Origin: Moniliella sp. 'wahieum'
Lineage: Eukaryota
Length of the DNA stretch: 20,000 bases
Direction of reading: 5' to 3'
Assembly (NCBI GenBank): GCA_003971905.1
Contig: RSEE01000113.1
Span: 176,303 to 196,302, forward strand
Below are positions 1 to 11,151 of the stretch, piece by piece; the stretch's first letter is position 1, and each line of letters begins with the position of its first letter. Under the pieces are notes generated by a model, which saw only the letters and a list, made by a program, of their open reading frames with translations, made no database searches and was not told the origin of the DNA. The translations under genes were made by a program, and so were the position numbers.

Positions 1-531
1 GCCAGGCAGCTACGGTTACGGCTGCCACCCGGCTCGGCTGGCTATTACTGGCGCCGGCCGTACTTTACTCATGAGCTTGCGGCCCAAGAAGACCAGATGT
101 GATTACCTGATTATGTTTGGAAATTGCAGCCGCACAAAACGGCCGGATTTGTTTGTGCTGTTCTTGCTTTCGTTGGTTTCTGTCCTTTGGTCGAGAATCC
201 CAGCAAGGGTGGCAAGAGAAACGGGCATTGCTGCCACCAGCCACACGTCTAGGGCGCTCACACAATGAGACTGCACTGCCGCCCCCCCACCCCCCTCGGC
301 GCCTAGCATAGCCGCCTTGACATTGAAAACGTCTACAGTGTGACATCGGTCAAACGGCGGCGGAATGGATTAAACGGTGTCGGTGAAAGGACATTGGAGA
401 CACAAACATGGTCAGGAACAGGGAGAGGGTGATGGTAGGGGGGATGAGAAAGGGAATGAGAAAGGGAATGGAAGAGAAGATTCAAGAAAGCATCTCGGAC
501 AGACCCTCACTCCATCCTCAAATCCAAACGA

Positions 532-2147
532 TTACTCGGACCATTGGATCGAGTCAAGATCAATGCCCTCCTGCACCATCTCCCACAGCGGGGACATGTC
601 ACGCAGCTTCTGCACTACGGCAATGATCTGGTCCGCGACATAGTCGACTTCCTCGGTGGTGGTAAAGCGGCCCATGCCAAACCGGAGGGAGGAGTGAGCA
701 TTCTCGTCGTTCAAGCCAAGCGCACGAAGGACGTAGGAAGGCTCGAGGGAAGCCGACGTGCACGCCGATCCCGACGACAGGCAGATCCGCTTGAGCGCCA
801 TAAGGAGCGACTCCCCCTCCACATACTGGAAAGTCAAGTTGACACAGCCGGGGTAGCCATGCTCGTCTCCGTTGAACAAGACGTGGGTCACCTTGCTCTC
901 GATCCGCTCGCGCAGACGCTTGGACAGCGCCGTCACATGCGCATAATCGTATTCGCGTTCGGCTTTGGCCAGACGGGCGGCCTCGCCCATTCCGGCCACC
1001 TGAGCCGGTGCCAGCGTGCCCGACCGCAGTCCGCGCTCTTGCCCGCCTCCCGAGATGATCGGAGTCAGACGCACCCTGGGTCGACGGCGAATGTAAATGG
1101 CCCCAATGCCTTTGGGCCCATAAATCTTGTGCGACGACATGGACACCAAATCGGCCCCAATCTCATTGACGTCAAATGCAATCTTGCCCACTGCCTGGGC
1201 CGCGTCAGTGTGGAAAAGGGGTTTGCCACTCAGTCCCGCCTCCTTGGCCAGCTGGGCTCCCTTGGTCTTGAGCAGCTGCCCAATCTCCTTCAGAGGCTGG
1301 ATCACACCAATCTCATTGTTGACCGACATGATCGACACCACTGCCGTGGTCGGACGGAGAGCGTGCTCAAGGTCCTGCAGACGGATCATCCCGTTGCTCT
1401 GGACGGGAAGGTAGGTGACCTCGTACCCTTCCTCCTGCAGCGTACGGCAAGAATCCAGCACACACTTATGCTCCGTCTGTACCGTGATGATGTGGTTCTT
1501 TTTCGCGCCATAAAAGTGAGCCGCGCCTTTGAGCGCCAAGTTGTTCGACTCGGTCGCTCCCGAGGTGAAAATAATTTCCTTGGCATCCGCGCCAATCAGA
1601 GCGCCCACGTGCTTGCGGGCGGTTTCGACGGCCTCCTCTGCTTCCCAGCCATAGGCATGCGTGCGGGAATGGGGGTTGCCGTACCGGTTGGTCAACAGAG
1701 GCAGCATGGTGTCCAGCACACGTGGGTCGAGCGCTGTGGTGGCCTGCGAGTCGAGGTAGATGGGGCGCAGAGCAGTCTGGTGGGTAGGCCGCGCCTCGAG
1801 GATTTCGGTCAAGAGATCTGAGATGGAACACAAGAGGTTAGGGCGCTGGGGGGGGGTGAGGGCAGGGCAGAGCAGAGCAGAGCAGAGCAGGAGAAAGACG
1901 TACTGCGGCCGCTGCTCTGGCTTGTGCCGCGAGGGGCGCGGGCAGTGGACGTGGGGACATCGACGGGGACAGCTTGTGGGGCGTGGGCAGACGAGGTGAG
2001 GGAGCGAGAGGAAGAGGCGATGGCGCGGCGGTGGATGGGAGCCAGGGCGGCGGCGGCGGTGGGCAAGCTGCGGAGGCAGGCGGGTGCGCCGGACGAGCTG
2101 GCAGGGAGGGTGCTGAGGGCGGCGCGCAGGGGGGTGTACGCCGGCAT
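532..2147 (-). CDS. NFS1: Mitochondrial cysteine desulfurase (IscS/Nfs1), 2 exons (2147-1904, 1817-532), 509 aa
   Basis: YLDSQATT start motif, [13 protein letters not shown]-lysine [10 protein letters not shown], catalytic [13 protein letters not shown] motif and IscS-type C-terminus [13 protein letters not shown] at 2147 in gccATG context opens an Ala/Ser/Arg-rich presequence. Splicing the phase-1 intron restores the frame exactly. Confidence 0.97.
1818..1903 (-). other. NFS1 intron (86 nt) containing a (CTCTG)n microsatellite
   Basis: GTACGT donor at 1903, CTAAC branch at 1841-1837, CAG acceptor at 1820-1818; GCAGA tandem copies on the + strand at about 1867-1890. Confidence 0.93.
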
Positions 2148-2724
2148 GGCTGGGAGGGCGATGGGCAGAGCGGTGGGCGGGGTGCGATGGATGCCTCTGT
2201 GGCTGGGGGGCAACCAGAGGCCGATGTTCGTGCGAAATAAGATGCCCTCGTCACGTGTCGTCTGCGTCCCAGCTGCTGCTGTCACCCGCCGCACACTGGC
2301 GCTGCGCGGCCGCTGCGCGCTCTTCTGCGCCTGCCTGCTAGGGTTGCCGCCTTGTTACGTGACCGCCCGCCTGGTGCGTGCATTTCAGCGGCGCCAATGG
2401 GAGCAACGCCACGTGACCTTCCGTCCCGCCGCCGCTCGCCTGCACGTGACTGCATGCCCCCAGAGAGCGCACACCATGGGTTCCGCCCCCGTGGCGGAAT
2501 GTGGCCAGGCGCGCCGGGCGAGTGTCGGGCAGTGTGGCAGTGGCGCCCAGGCGAGCGTGGCTGGCGGGGGGGGGTGCAAGCGCGTGGAACCAAAGGCACC
2601 GCCCGCGGCCCTTGAAAACTCGCCTCGGGACAGCGAGCTGCTTGGTCCAACACCCTCCCTCGACTCCCTCGGCGTGCGCCACCCCCACCTCCCCTCGTCC
2701 CTCGTCCCCCTTCCTCTGAGTCCC
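2148..2724. promoter_or_regulatory. Divergent NFS1/CK2-alpha promoter region with clustered GTCACGTG E-boxes
   Basis: 577 bp between divergent ATGs. GTCACGTG at 2250-2257, CACGTGAC at 2410-2417 and 2443-2450, near-match TTACGTGAC at 2355-2363, TAGGGTT at 2339-2345. Confidence 0.6.
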
Positions 2725-4088
2725 ATGTCGGCTCCTCCCGGCACTGGCGGGCGCAGTGTGGCGCGCGTGTATGCCAACGCCAACCAGCGCTTTGGCCGCA
2801 ACTGGTGGGACTACGACAACCTCAACGTCCAGTGGGGCACCCAGGACAACTACGAGATCCTCCGCAAGGTCGGACGGGGCAAGTACTCGGAGGTATTTGA
2901 GGGTGTCAATGTTGGAGGTGTCCTCCCGCCTCAGGCGCCCATCCCGGCCCCACCTCCCGACTCCACCTCTACCTCTACTTCGGCCTCGGACGCGCCCGCT
3001 CCGGCTCCCTCCGCATCCCCCGTTCTCCCGGCCCTGCCCAGCCCCAGTCCAAACCAGATGTACCGGACAAGTGCATTATCAAGGTCCTCAAGCCCGTCAA
3101 GAAAAAGAAGATCAAGCGTGAGATCAAGATTCTTCAAAACCTGGCAGGAGGACCCAATGTGGTTGGATTGCTGGACGTGGTACGCGACCCACAGGTACGT
3201 TTACGCAGTAGGGGGCGGTGGTCCACCTTTCTATTTGATCCCCCTTTTTTTTCTTTTGGCTGACGCATACCTCCTGTTCCTGTCCCCTTTTGTCTGCAGT
3301 CCAAAACGCCCTCGATCATCACTGAGTATGTCAACAATACGGACTTTAAGGTGCTATATCCGCGCCTGACCGACTTTGACGTGCGGTACTACCTCTTTGA
3401 GCTGCTCAAGGTACGCATGGCGCGAATCCTTGCCCTTCTCATTTTCCAAGGACGGGTTGTCGTTTAGCTGACACTTTCTTTCTAGGCCCTGGACTTTTGC
3501 CATTCGCGCGGGATCATGCATCGAGACGTGAAGCCGCACAATGTCATGATTGACCACGAGAAGCGCAAACTGCGGCTGATTGACTGGGGGCTGGCTGAGT
3601 TTTACCATCCTTACACTGAGTACAATGTAAGGGTGGCGTCGCGCTATTTCAAGGGCCCTGAGCTCCTGGTGGATTTCCAAGAGTACGACTACAGTTTGGA
3701 CATGTGGTCGTTGGGGTGCATGTTTGCCTCGATGATTTTCCGAAAAGAACCGTTTTTCCATGGGCACGACAACTACGACCAACTGGTCAAGATTTGCAAA
3801 GTGCTGGGGACGGACGAACTGTATGTGTACTTGGACAAGTACGAGATTGAGCTCGATACGCATTACGACGATATCTTGGGCCGATACCCGCGCAAACCGT
3901 GGGCTCGCTTTGTCACCCCGGACAACCAGCGTTACATTTCCCCCGAAGCGCTCGACTTTTTGGACAAGTTGCTACGATACGACCACCAAGAACGGCTTAC
4001 TGCCCAAGAAGCCCAAGCCCACCCGTACTTTGACCCGGTCCGGAAGGCCAAAGCAGAACCACAGCAACCCGACGCACCGAGTGCCTAA
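2725..4088 (+). CDS. CKA1: Casein kinase II catalytic (alpha) subunit; exons 2725-3194, 3300-3410, 3486-4088; one apparent -1 frameshift inside a Pro/Ser-rich insert (about 2920-3060)
   Basis: [19 protein letters not shown], then in a shifted frame [57 protein letters not shown]. Introns 3195-3299 (GTACGT..GCTGAC..CAG) and 3411-3485 (GTACGC..GCTGAC..TAG) join the conserved blocks in frame; TAA at 4086-4088. Confidence 0.96.
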
Positions 4089-5705
4089 TCAGGGTTGCCC
4101 TCCTCGCTCCCACCCTTCCCACTCCTTGTGTCTTGCTCCTTGTTCATCCGTTCTGCTAGGTACTCATTCCCAGTGCTCTTGGTCGCACACATTGGCTACT
4201 TATCCTCTCTGGCCTTTCCCCACTCCTCTCCCCTCTCTCCTTATCCCCTCTCCAAGGTTAGGTCTCTCTCACTTTGTGTCTTTTCTTCCTTAGCCCTGTG
4301 GCTGTTGATGCATGCTCGATATTGTTGAGCACTTTCGCGGGAAATGTGTGAGCGAGACGAGAGAGGAAGCGAGTGTCGAAGCAGAGATGGACCAATGCGG
4401 GGGAGAGATCAATAGGGGGAGAAACACAATCCTTGGTCACAGCCAGGCAGGCTCAGCAGGGCTCAATTCGAGACCGCGGCTCTTGATCGTTGAGGGTGAG
4501 AGGCATGTGCGGAGGGTTATAATACTATGGTCGGCAACAAACGGGGGGTCATCTGGGATCACGCGCACGGCGGCACGCGCAGTCACGACGGACACGACTC
4601 ATGGATATCTCAGACGAGATTGATGAATGTAATGATGGACACAGGGCACGTGTCCATCCATAGTGTGTATCCCTGGGCTGTTACCGGTTACCTCCTTCCC
4701 GACCCATTACTGCCAAACTGAACGAGGCCAGTCTCTCGAGACGCGTTTGGTTTTTTCGAAGGAGCAGGGGCTGCTCAGTTGGCGAAGCTGCCGAGAAGCA
4801 GAGACACCGTGCTAACGGGGGCTCTGTTCGCCCGCCTGTGGCTCGGCATCGACTGTGGACCAAACAGCACCTGCACTCGTTGCATCCATCTCGATCGCTG
4901 CCGCCTTGGGTGGATGGGTTGTCCCCTGTTGTCCCAACACGACAATGCTAGTCTGCACGAACCCCGAGGCGAGCCAGGCGAGCACAGGCAACCGACTTGC
5001 GGGTGCGGGTTAATCGAGTCCATCATTTACCGATGGGTCACTACTTGATCGATCCGCGGGAGATTGATTGGGAAAGCACAATAGGTGTGGAATATGCGCA
5101 CGTGCACACTGCCCAGGTGCTGGGCTGGGATGGCTTGAAGCTTGCTGACGCCATGCAGCGTAGCAAGCTGGCCCTCGGGCTTAGCGCTAAGCGCGGAACG
5201 TCTGACGGCCTTTAGCTTGAACGCTGAACGTCTGAGCGCCTGAGCGCGTGTCGCGTGAAGAAGGCATGGACGTCTAACGGACGCAGTCACGCTGGCCAGC
5301 CGGCAGTGGTTCGCCGATCGTATATCACCCGCAGATGGTCGCCTCTGCATCCCAACCACGCCCGCGTCTACCGCGGCTGCCCCCGGGATGGGGTGGGGTG
5401 GGGACGAGACGGAGACCGGGGACCTGCGATGGGTACGCCGGTGGGTTGCTAATGCGTGAATACAGAGCGTGAGTACCGAGTGGGGATGCATGACGCGTGG
5501 TGCTGATGTGGGTTGGATGGCTCGTGCACCCTGGGTGCTCCCGCCAGCCCAGAGCCGTCAAGGATCATCGATCACCCCCAAGGAGACACCTCGATTCGGA
5601 ATGTTTTGTATCTGGCCAACCCAACCCCTGCCGCGTTGTCCACCATCCACCACCCCGCCGGACTCCGTTTCCTCTGTTGTTCCCTACTTGTCTCCTGTGG
5701 CCACA

Positions 5706-6283
5706 ATGCCCCTCTTTGTGCTGTCTCCTGCCTCGCTCGCCCACTCGGCCCTGTTCGCTGGGTACTACTCCTACCTCACCGTCAAGGTCATTGGCCAGCG
5801 CGTCAAGACCGGGTACTACATTGGTGAGGGCCAGGGCAACGAATCCGACTCGATCAAGCATGGTGGAAACGCCGTCAACACGACGGAGGACAAGCTTGCG
5901 CTGACCAAAGCTGTGCGTGCGCACGCCAACTTTGTAGAGAACACACCCGCTGGCGTTTGGGGTTTATTTCCTGGCGGAACTCAATGGGGCCCCGACGGCG
6001 TTGGTGCACGGCGCGTACGCTACCCTCTTTGTCCTTCGTGTCCTTCAGGCCAACTTTGGGATCTTGACCCCGGGCGCCGATGGGTTCGGGCGCCCGATTG
6101 GTACTCTGGGTACGGTGGCTCTCGCGGCGCTTGCTGGCCTGTACAATGTACGTCCCCGTTCCCGTTGCTGTTCCGTTCCTGCTGTCGCCGGCCCGACAGT
6201 GAAGGGCTACGTACTGACAGTTACCTGCGACTGTCTAGTTCAACTTGGGCTTTGAGCCTCTCAAGTCCTTCTTGGGCTTCTGA
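5706..6283 (+). CDS. MAPEG-family (microsomal glutathione transferase-like) membrane protein; exons 5706-6147 and 6239-6283; apparent +1 frameshift at about 5946-5948
   Basis: N-terminal TM ending VIGQR, MAPEG signature RAHANFVENTP, and after removing one C: LAFGVYFLAELNGAP..LFVLRVLQ..GRPIG. Intron 6148-6238 (GTACGT, TACTGAC, TAG); last exon FNLGFEPLKSFLGF*. Confidence 0.85.
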
Positions 6284-6642
6284 GTCGGAACGAAGGAGAT
6301 CTGCGTAGTCATATGACTGAATCAATTGCCCTGGCTTATATGGCCTGTAACGTATGCCGGTTGAGTTGGTGTTGCGTTTATGCTCGGTAAGCGAAAGAGC
6401 AGTGGAAAAGCTAAGTGAAGTCGTAGTCAAATTGCTTCGGATCGCGTCGCCAAACGATGGTGGGAAACGTGCAGGAAGCATTTCACTCTCGTTTGTGCTA
6501 TGGCGCAGCGCAGGACGCAAGACCGTGATGCTGCGTCTTGTTATACGGTGGCGTAACGCCTGGCCGGCCCACAGCGTATGAATCGGCCAACGGAAGTGGT
6601 TGCGCACACGGGGCCATGCCACTGGGGGGGGAACAATTTGCA

Positions 6643-6671
6643 CGTTGCCACCGTTGCCACCGTTGCCACCG
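6643..6671. repeat. 9-bp tandem repeat (CGTTGCCAC)x3
   Basis: Three exact copies at 6643-6669 plus a partial CG, in the convergent MAPEG/TauD spacer. Confidence 0.85.
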
Positions 6672-7201
6672 CCCCGATAACGGTTGGCCGCCATGGTCAG
6701 CCCATGCCACCAACGCTACGTGCCGCCGCACGATTAACATCGACATGCATTGTGGAGCTGGACAAAGGGCAGCGTGCGGTACGGAAGGGAAAAAGCTCGC
6801 TACCCAGTAAAGCTTCGGTACATGAACGAGCATGGAGTGTTGGCGCACCTCCATCCCCCCACCCATCGTCTCGCTTTAGGTTGCCTCTTCTCTCTGTCGT
6901 ACCTGCTTGAATGTTCCACTGACAACGCAAGGACGTTGACCATTTTCCCTCTTCCATAGGCTCTCTAACTAATGAACAGTATCGTCTATAGCTTATCAAA
7001 GCTCTCCTTGGCTGGGCGGTCTATATGCGCACCGAAGAGAAAGTGGAGCAGCCTGAACGGATCCATACGCAAACGCAAACGTAGAGAAGTGGAGAGGGTG
7101 AATGGGAGGAAAGGGGGGGGGGATATGAACGAAATGGGGGAGAACCCTAGAGGGCCTAGCCGCCGCATTTTCTCGTAAAGGAGGCTGGGCAAACACCGCA
7201 A

Positions 7202-8625
7202 TCAGACCCGAATCCGGTGCACGTCGCGGTCGTCCGTGACGCTGACGCCCGTGTCCGAGTGGAACGGCCGCTCGGCCGCCGGGGTGATGCGAGCACCATG
7301 ACGACGGTCTTGACCGCGCGTGTCAGCGACCGGGGTGTGGGTAGTGATCCGGTTGTCCCACGCCACGACTGCGCCCGGGCCCCAGCGCACCCGAACCTGT
7401 GCATCGACGGCATCCGCATTCAACTTGAACAGCGTGTTGAGCACCGAGTCGCTCTCTTCCCGTTTGAGAGACGGGATGCGCGTGGTAAACCCGTGGTTGA
7501 CAAACAAGGCGCGTTCGCCCGTGACGGGGTGGGTGCGAACGACAGGATGAATGTGGGCGACGGGGGGGCGCTTGACCACGGCCTTACCGGCCGCCTCAGA
7601 GACTTGGCTCTGCTCAAAGCCCGAGTGCTCAGCATAGAGTGTCTCGATAAACGCACGGTAGGCCGGCGAGAGACGCCGGAGCGTTTCGCGCTGGTCGGAG
7701 AAGAGTGTGTCGCCGCCCGTTTGGGGTGTGTCAAAGAGGAAGAGGAACGTGGTGCCGGGCGGGTTGGCTTCAAACGATACATCCGAGTGCCACACGGTCG
7801 GCACAAAGTCTTGCGTGTGCTCATAATTGTTGACTTCAATCCCGGGACTCTTGTAGACCAGGTGAAATTCATTGTGCCCCTTGGGCTGGCCACTGACTTG
7901 GTGCGCATGCAGACGAGGGCTAAAGTGCCTGCCAAACCGCTTGAATTCCTCAGGCCCTTGGTCGATAAAGTCTTGGTTGCCATGGAAGACGACCACGCCC
8001 CGCTGCGCAACGTACAGTCCCACTGGTCCAGTTCGTCGGGAGTAAGCTTGGTCAAGTCGACGCCTTGCACACTCGACCCAAACCGGGGCGTCAGGTCGTC
8101 CACCTCAGCATTGTCGAGGAACGAGAGCGGGTTGGCATGCTGCAACGCACGGTGGCCTACGTCGACGCTAAAAAAGAAGGCGATAACAATTTAACTGTCA
8201 GAACCCACAGTGGAGCACACGAGAAAGGAAACCGGAGGATCAACATACTGCTCCAAAGGCTCCAGGTGGGGGTCCTTGAAAAGCTTGTGCTTGTACCGCT
8301 CGTCAAACCAAGGCAGTGCCCACTTGTACTTGTAGTCGTCTCCAACGGCATCCAGGTCCAGGGGGGGCTTCTCCTGCGCAATCTTGCTCAAGCGCTCAAG
8401 TTCGGCATGGTAGGCCGCACGCGACTCGGGCAACAACGAGTCCAGGTCAGGCAGGGGTGCCTTGGTGTCGGGGTACTTGGCGTGGGCCTCCTTGTCGGCC
8501 TGCGACGGACGGGGGGCGTTGGGCCCAGGCACGGGTGCAACGTAGTCAGGCAGAACAGCCTTCTTGACCGCAGCTACCGCGGGGGGCGCTGGAGTTGGTT
8601 GGGAAGCAACAGCGACGGGAGCCAT
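7202..8625 (-). CDS. TauD/TfdA-family Fe(II)/2-oxoglutarate-dependent sulfonate (taurine) dioxygenase, Jlp1-like; exons 8625-8249 and 8167-7202; apparent -1 frameshift at about 8022
   Basis: HVDVGHRAL across the splice, LTPRFGSSVQGVDL, YVAQRGVVVF, Fe ligands WHSDVSFE and WDNRITTH, GGDTLF, HPVVRTHPVTGERALFVN. Intron 8168-8248 (GTATGT, CTGAC, TAG). Confidence 0.92.
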
Positions 8626-8709
8626 GGTGAGGGTGCGGGACAGAAAGGGAGAAGTGCTGCTGGTGTGGGGACAGAAGAAAGAACAGACCGAACATGGCGA
8701 ATGGGAGGG

Positions 8710-8717
8710 TATTTATA
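8710..8717 (-). promoter_or_regulatory. TATA box of the TauD-like gene
   Basis: TATAAATA on the - strand 85 bp upstream of the ATG, in a GC-rich background and followed by a pyrimidine-rich leader. Confidence 0.7.
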
Positions 8718-9752
8718 GAGAGGTACGGGATTGTCCGGGGAATGGAAAGCGCGAAGAGAGACACGGCGGATGAGTGCGGGGAGCGGCGGGGGGGCGCTGA
8801 GAGTGTCACGAGAGGGTTGTGGTGCCGCACGCACTGTACTTGGTACGGGCGCTGTGCGATGCAGCAGGCCGTTCCCAAGGCTCCCGCTATAGTAGCTAGT
8901 GAGTGCTCAGCCACGGCGTCAGCGCGGCTGGCCGCGACACAAGGCAGCAGCCCTGCCGCCTGCCACTCGGAGTGTACACGGCGAGAGGTGGAGAGGTCGC
9001 GTGCGTAGTCGAGGACCCAACGTACTCAACCGGCCTTGTGGCGACGTGCTGGGCTGGGTGGGCGCGATGGGCAAGCACGTCAGCCGCTGGATCTCTTCAG
9101 AGCCGGTCCTGTGTCCACTATTACTATTCGTACTAGGCGGGCGGCTCCAATATACCAGCACGGGAGGAAGGGTCTGCCAACGATATTATAAGCGTGCGAC
9201 CTGCGAGGCGATGGCGTAATCTTATCGATATCGTGTCGAGATTATCTCGCCCTCCCACTGGTCATCGGTGGGGAAGTCACCGGTCACTACACGACCAGAC
9301 CCGCCCTCTGTCGCCTATCTTTTTGGTACCAATCGATCATCATCCATCCATCACGCGCGTCGGGCAGCTGTCCCGTCCATCTCGTCCTGTCCCTCCCCCG
9401 CACGGACATAGTATACGCCCGACTGTCACGAAAGTACACCATCGACAACAGCCAGCCTTGCACACTTTTCTCCTTTCTGAGACGATGCTCCTCCTTTCCT
9501 GCCTATATGGAGAGCGTCTTCGACGTCATCAATACTGACTACCCTTCTTGCCCCATCACGACCAGGCCCATGATTATCGAAAGGAGGACATTTCAACGCG
9601 TTGCAGAGGGCGTTAACAGGGATCGGACTAAAGGAGAAGATGCGATTCATCAGGGTGGGCAGGAGCGAAAGGAGGACACAGCACCAATCATAACCCGTGG
9701 TGAGGGACTTTCGTTGGTGCGGAAAAGAACGCAGAGGACAGAGCCAAGCAGC

Positions 9753-11057
9753 TTAGGTACTTGCCGAAGGGGTCTCCTTGGGGGCAGGTGTAGAGCCAGA
9801 ACCTGAGCTTGGGGCCGCCTTGCGCTGGTTGAGCACATTCTTGAGGAAAACTCACCGGCCTTGTACGAGGAACGGACAAGCGGCCCCGAGGCGACATAGA
9901 GGAAGCCCATGCTCTCGGCCAACTTTTGCCAGTGCTCAAATTTCTCCGGTGGGACGTACTCGGAGACCTTCATGTGTCGCTTGGTAGGACGCATGTACTG
10001 GCCAAAGGTCACCACATCCACATTGTGCTCCCGCAAGTCGCGCAGCGTCTGCTCAACCTCGGGTCGGTCTCGCCGCACCCCAGCATCAACGAGGTTTTGG
10101 TGATCAAGCTCGGCTGAGCCCGCTTGGCCTCAGCCAGTGCCTCGAGCGACTGGCTGTAGTGCGCGCGACGATCCCGCACAAAGGGTGTGGTGCGCTCAAC
10201 CGTTTCAAGGTTGTGTGCATACACGTCCAGCCCGGAGCGAGCCACAAGAACAATCTCCTCCTTGGAGCCACTAAAGTCGGGGACGAGGGCCTCAACCAGC
10301 GTCTTGGGCGCCCGCGCCTTGATTTCCTGGATGGTCGAAGCAATGTGCTTGGCCCCACCATCGGCAAGGTCGTCCCGGTCGACCGAGGTAAGCACAATGT
10401 AACCCAGGCCCCAGCGGCGGATGGCCTCGGCTGTGCGTACGGGTTCCTCCGGGTCCAGCGCTTTGGGCGTCCTGCTCGTCTTGACAGAGCAGAAACGACA
10501 CGCGCGCGTACACGTGTCGCCCATCAACATGATGGTCGCCGTCGCTGCTTCTTTGCCACCCGATCCACCCCAGCACTCACCAATGTTGGGGCAGCGAGCC
10601 TCCTCGCACACGGTCGCCAATCCCAGCCCACGAACATCCTTCTTGATCCGACGGAAGTCTTCGCCTTGCGGAATGGGCGTCTTAAGGTAGCGCGGCAACC
10701 GCGTTTCGCCCAGCCGGCCGTACTGCACGCGCCCCTCCGCAGTCCCTGTGGCGGGAAGCGCCGCATCGGCTGCAGCAGCGTGAGCAAACCCTTCGAGATC
10801 ACTCTGAGCATCACGAGCCAAGGCCTCGCGGAAGGCGAGCATGCGTGCGGAGGGGCACGAGGGGACGCAGCGGAGCCAGAGGCAGGGGCGTTGGGCGCAT
10901 CGGGGCTGGCGGGCGTGGCTGAGGCGGCCGCAGTCGCTGTGGCAGCTGCCTCGGATGCGGTGGCCAGCGCACGGAATGAGCCGAGGGAAGCAGCCAGGTT
11001 GCGTGCCGTGGGGGGCAGCAGGAGCGCGGACCCACGCGTGGCCGAGAAGAGAGCCAG
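9753..11057 (-). CDS. LIP5: Mitochondrial lipoyl synthase (radical SAM, LipA/Lip5); no intron seen; apparent -1 frameshifts at about 10853, 10062 and 9848; start uncertain (CTG 11057 or ATG 10842)
   Basis: CX4CX5C ([12 protein letters not shown]), CX3CX2C (CTRACRFC), [46 protein letters not shown]. Adding one T gives [11 protein letters not shown]..., ending at TAA 9755-9753. Confidence 0.95.
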
Positions 11058-11151
11058 GGGAAGCGAGAAGCAGGGCAGCGGTGGTCGGCTGTGCGCAGAC
11101 AAGCCAGCCAGCAAGCGAACGTCGCCGGTCGACTACGCCCACCACTGAACA

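Noticed and set aside
444..470. 12-bp direct repeat ATGAGAAAGGGA x2
   Set aside because: Low-complexity duplication in the pyrimidine-rich NFS1 3' UTR; no spacer structure, not CRISPR or a mobile element.
544..1821. 425-aa + strand ORF antisense to NFS1
   Set aside because: Shadow ORF produced by GC-rich codon bias of the real gene; co-extensive with it and has no motifs.
1924..2724. Long N-terminal extension of the 481-aa ORF leading into CK2 alpha
   Set aside because: Open by chance through antisense NFS1 exon 1 and the GC-rich promoter; CK2 similarity begins just after ATG 2725.
4621..4721. Possible box C/D snoRNA (TGATGA..CTGA)
   Set aside because: No terminal stem and no recognisable rRNA guide; boxes this short occur by chance.
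6284..7201. Short ORFs in the MAPEG/TauD convergent spacer, including the GGN-repeat ORF 6221-6694
   Set aside because: No recognisable domain; the GGN repeat is just the 9-bp tandem repeat.
7217..8194. 325-aa + strand ORF antisense to TauD (likewise 10159-11148 over LIP5 and 14819-15382 over RPS4)
   Set aside because: Same antisense shadow effect; no independent coding signal.
9838..9856. GTGAGT as an intron donor near the LIP5 3' end
   Set aside because: Adding one T yields the conserved KAGEFFLKN C-terminal motif, so an indel is the simpler explanation.
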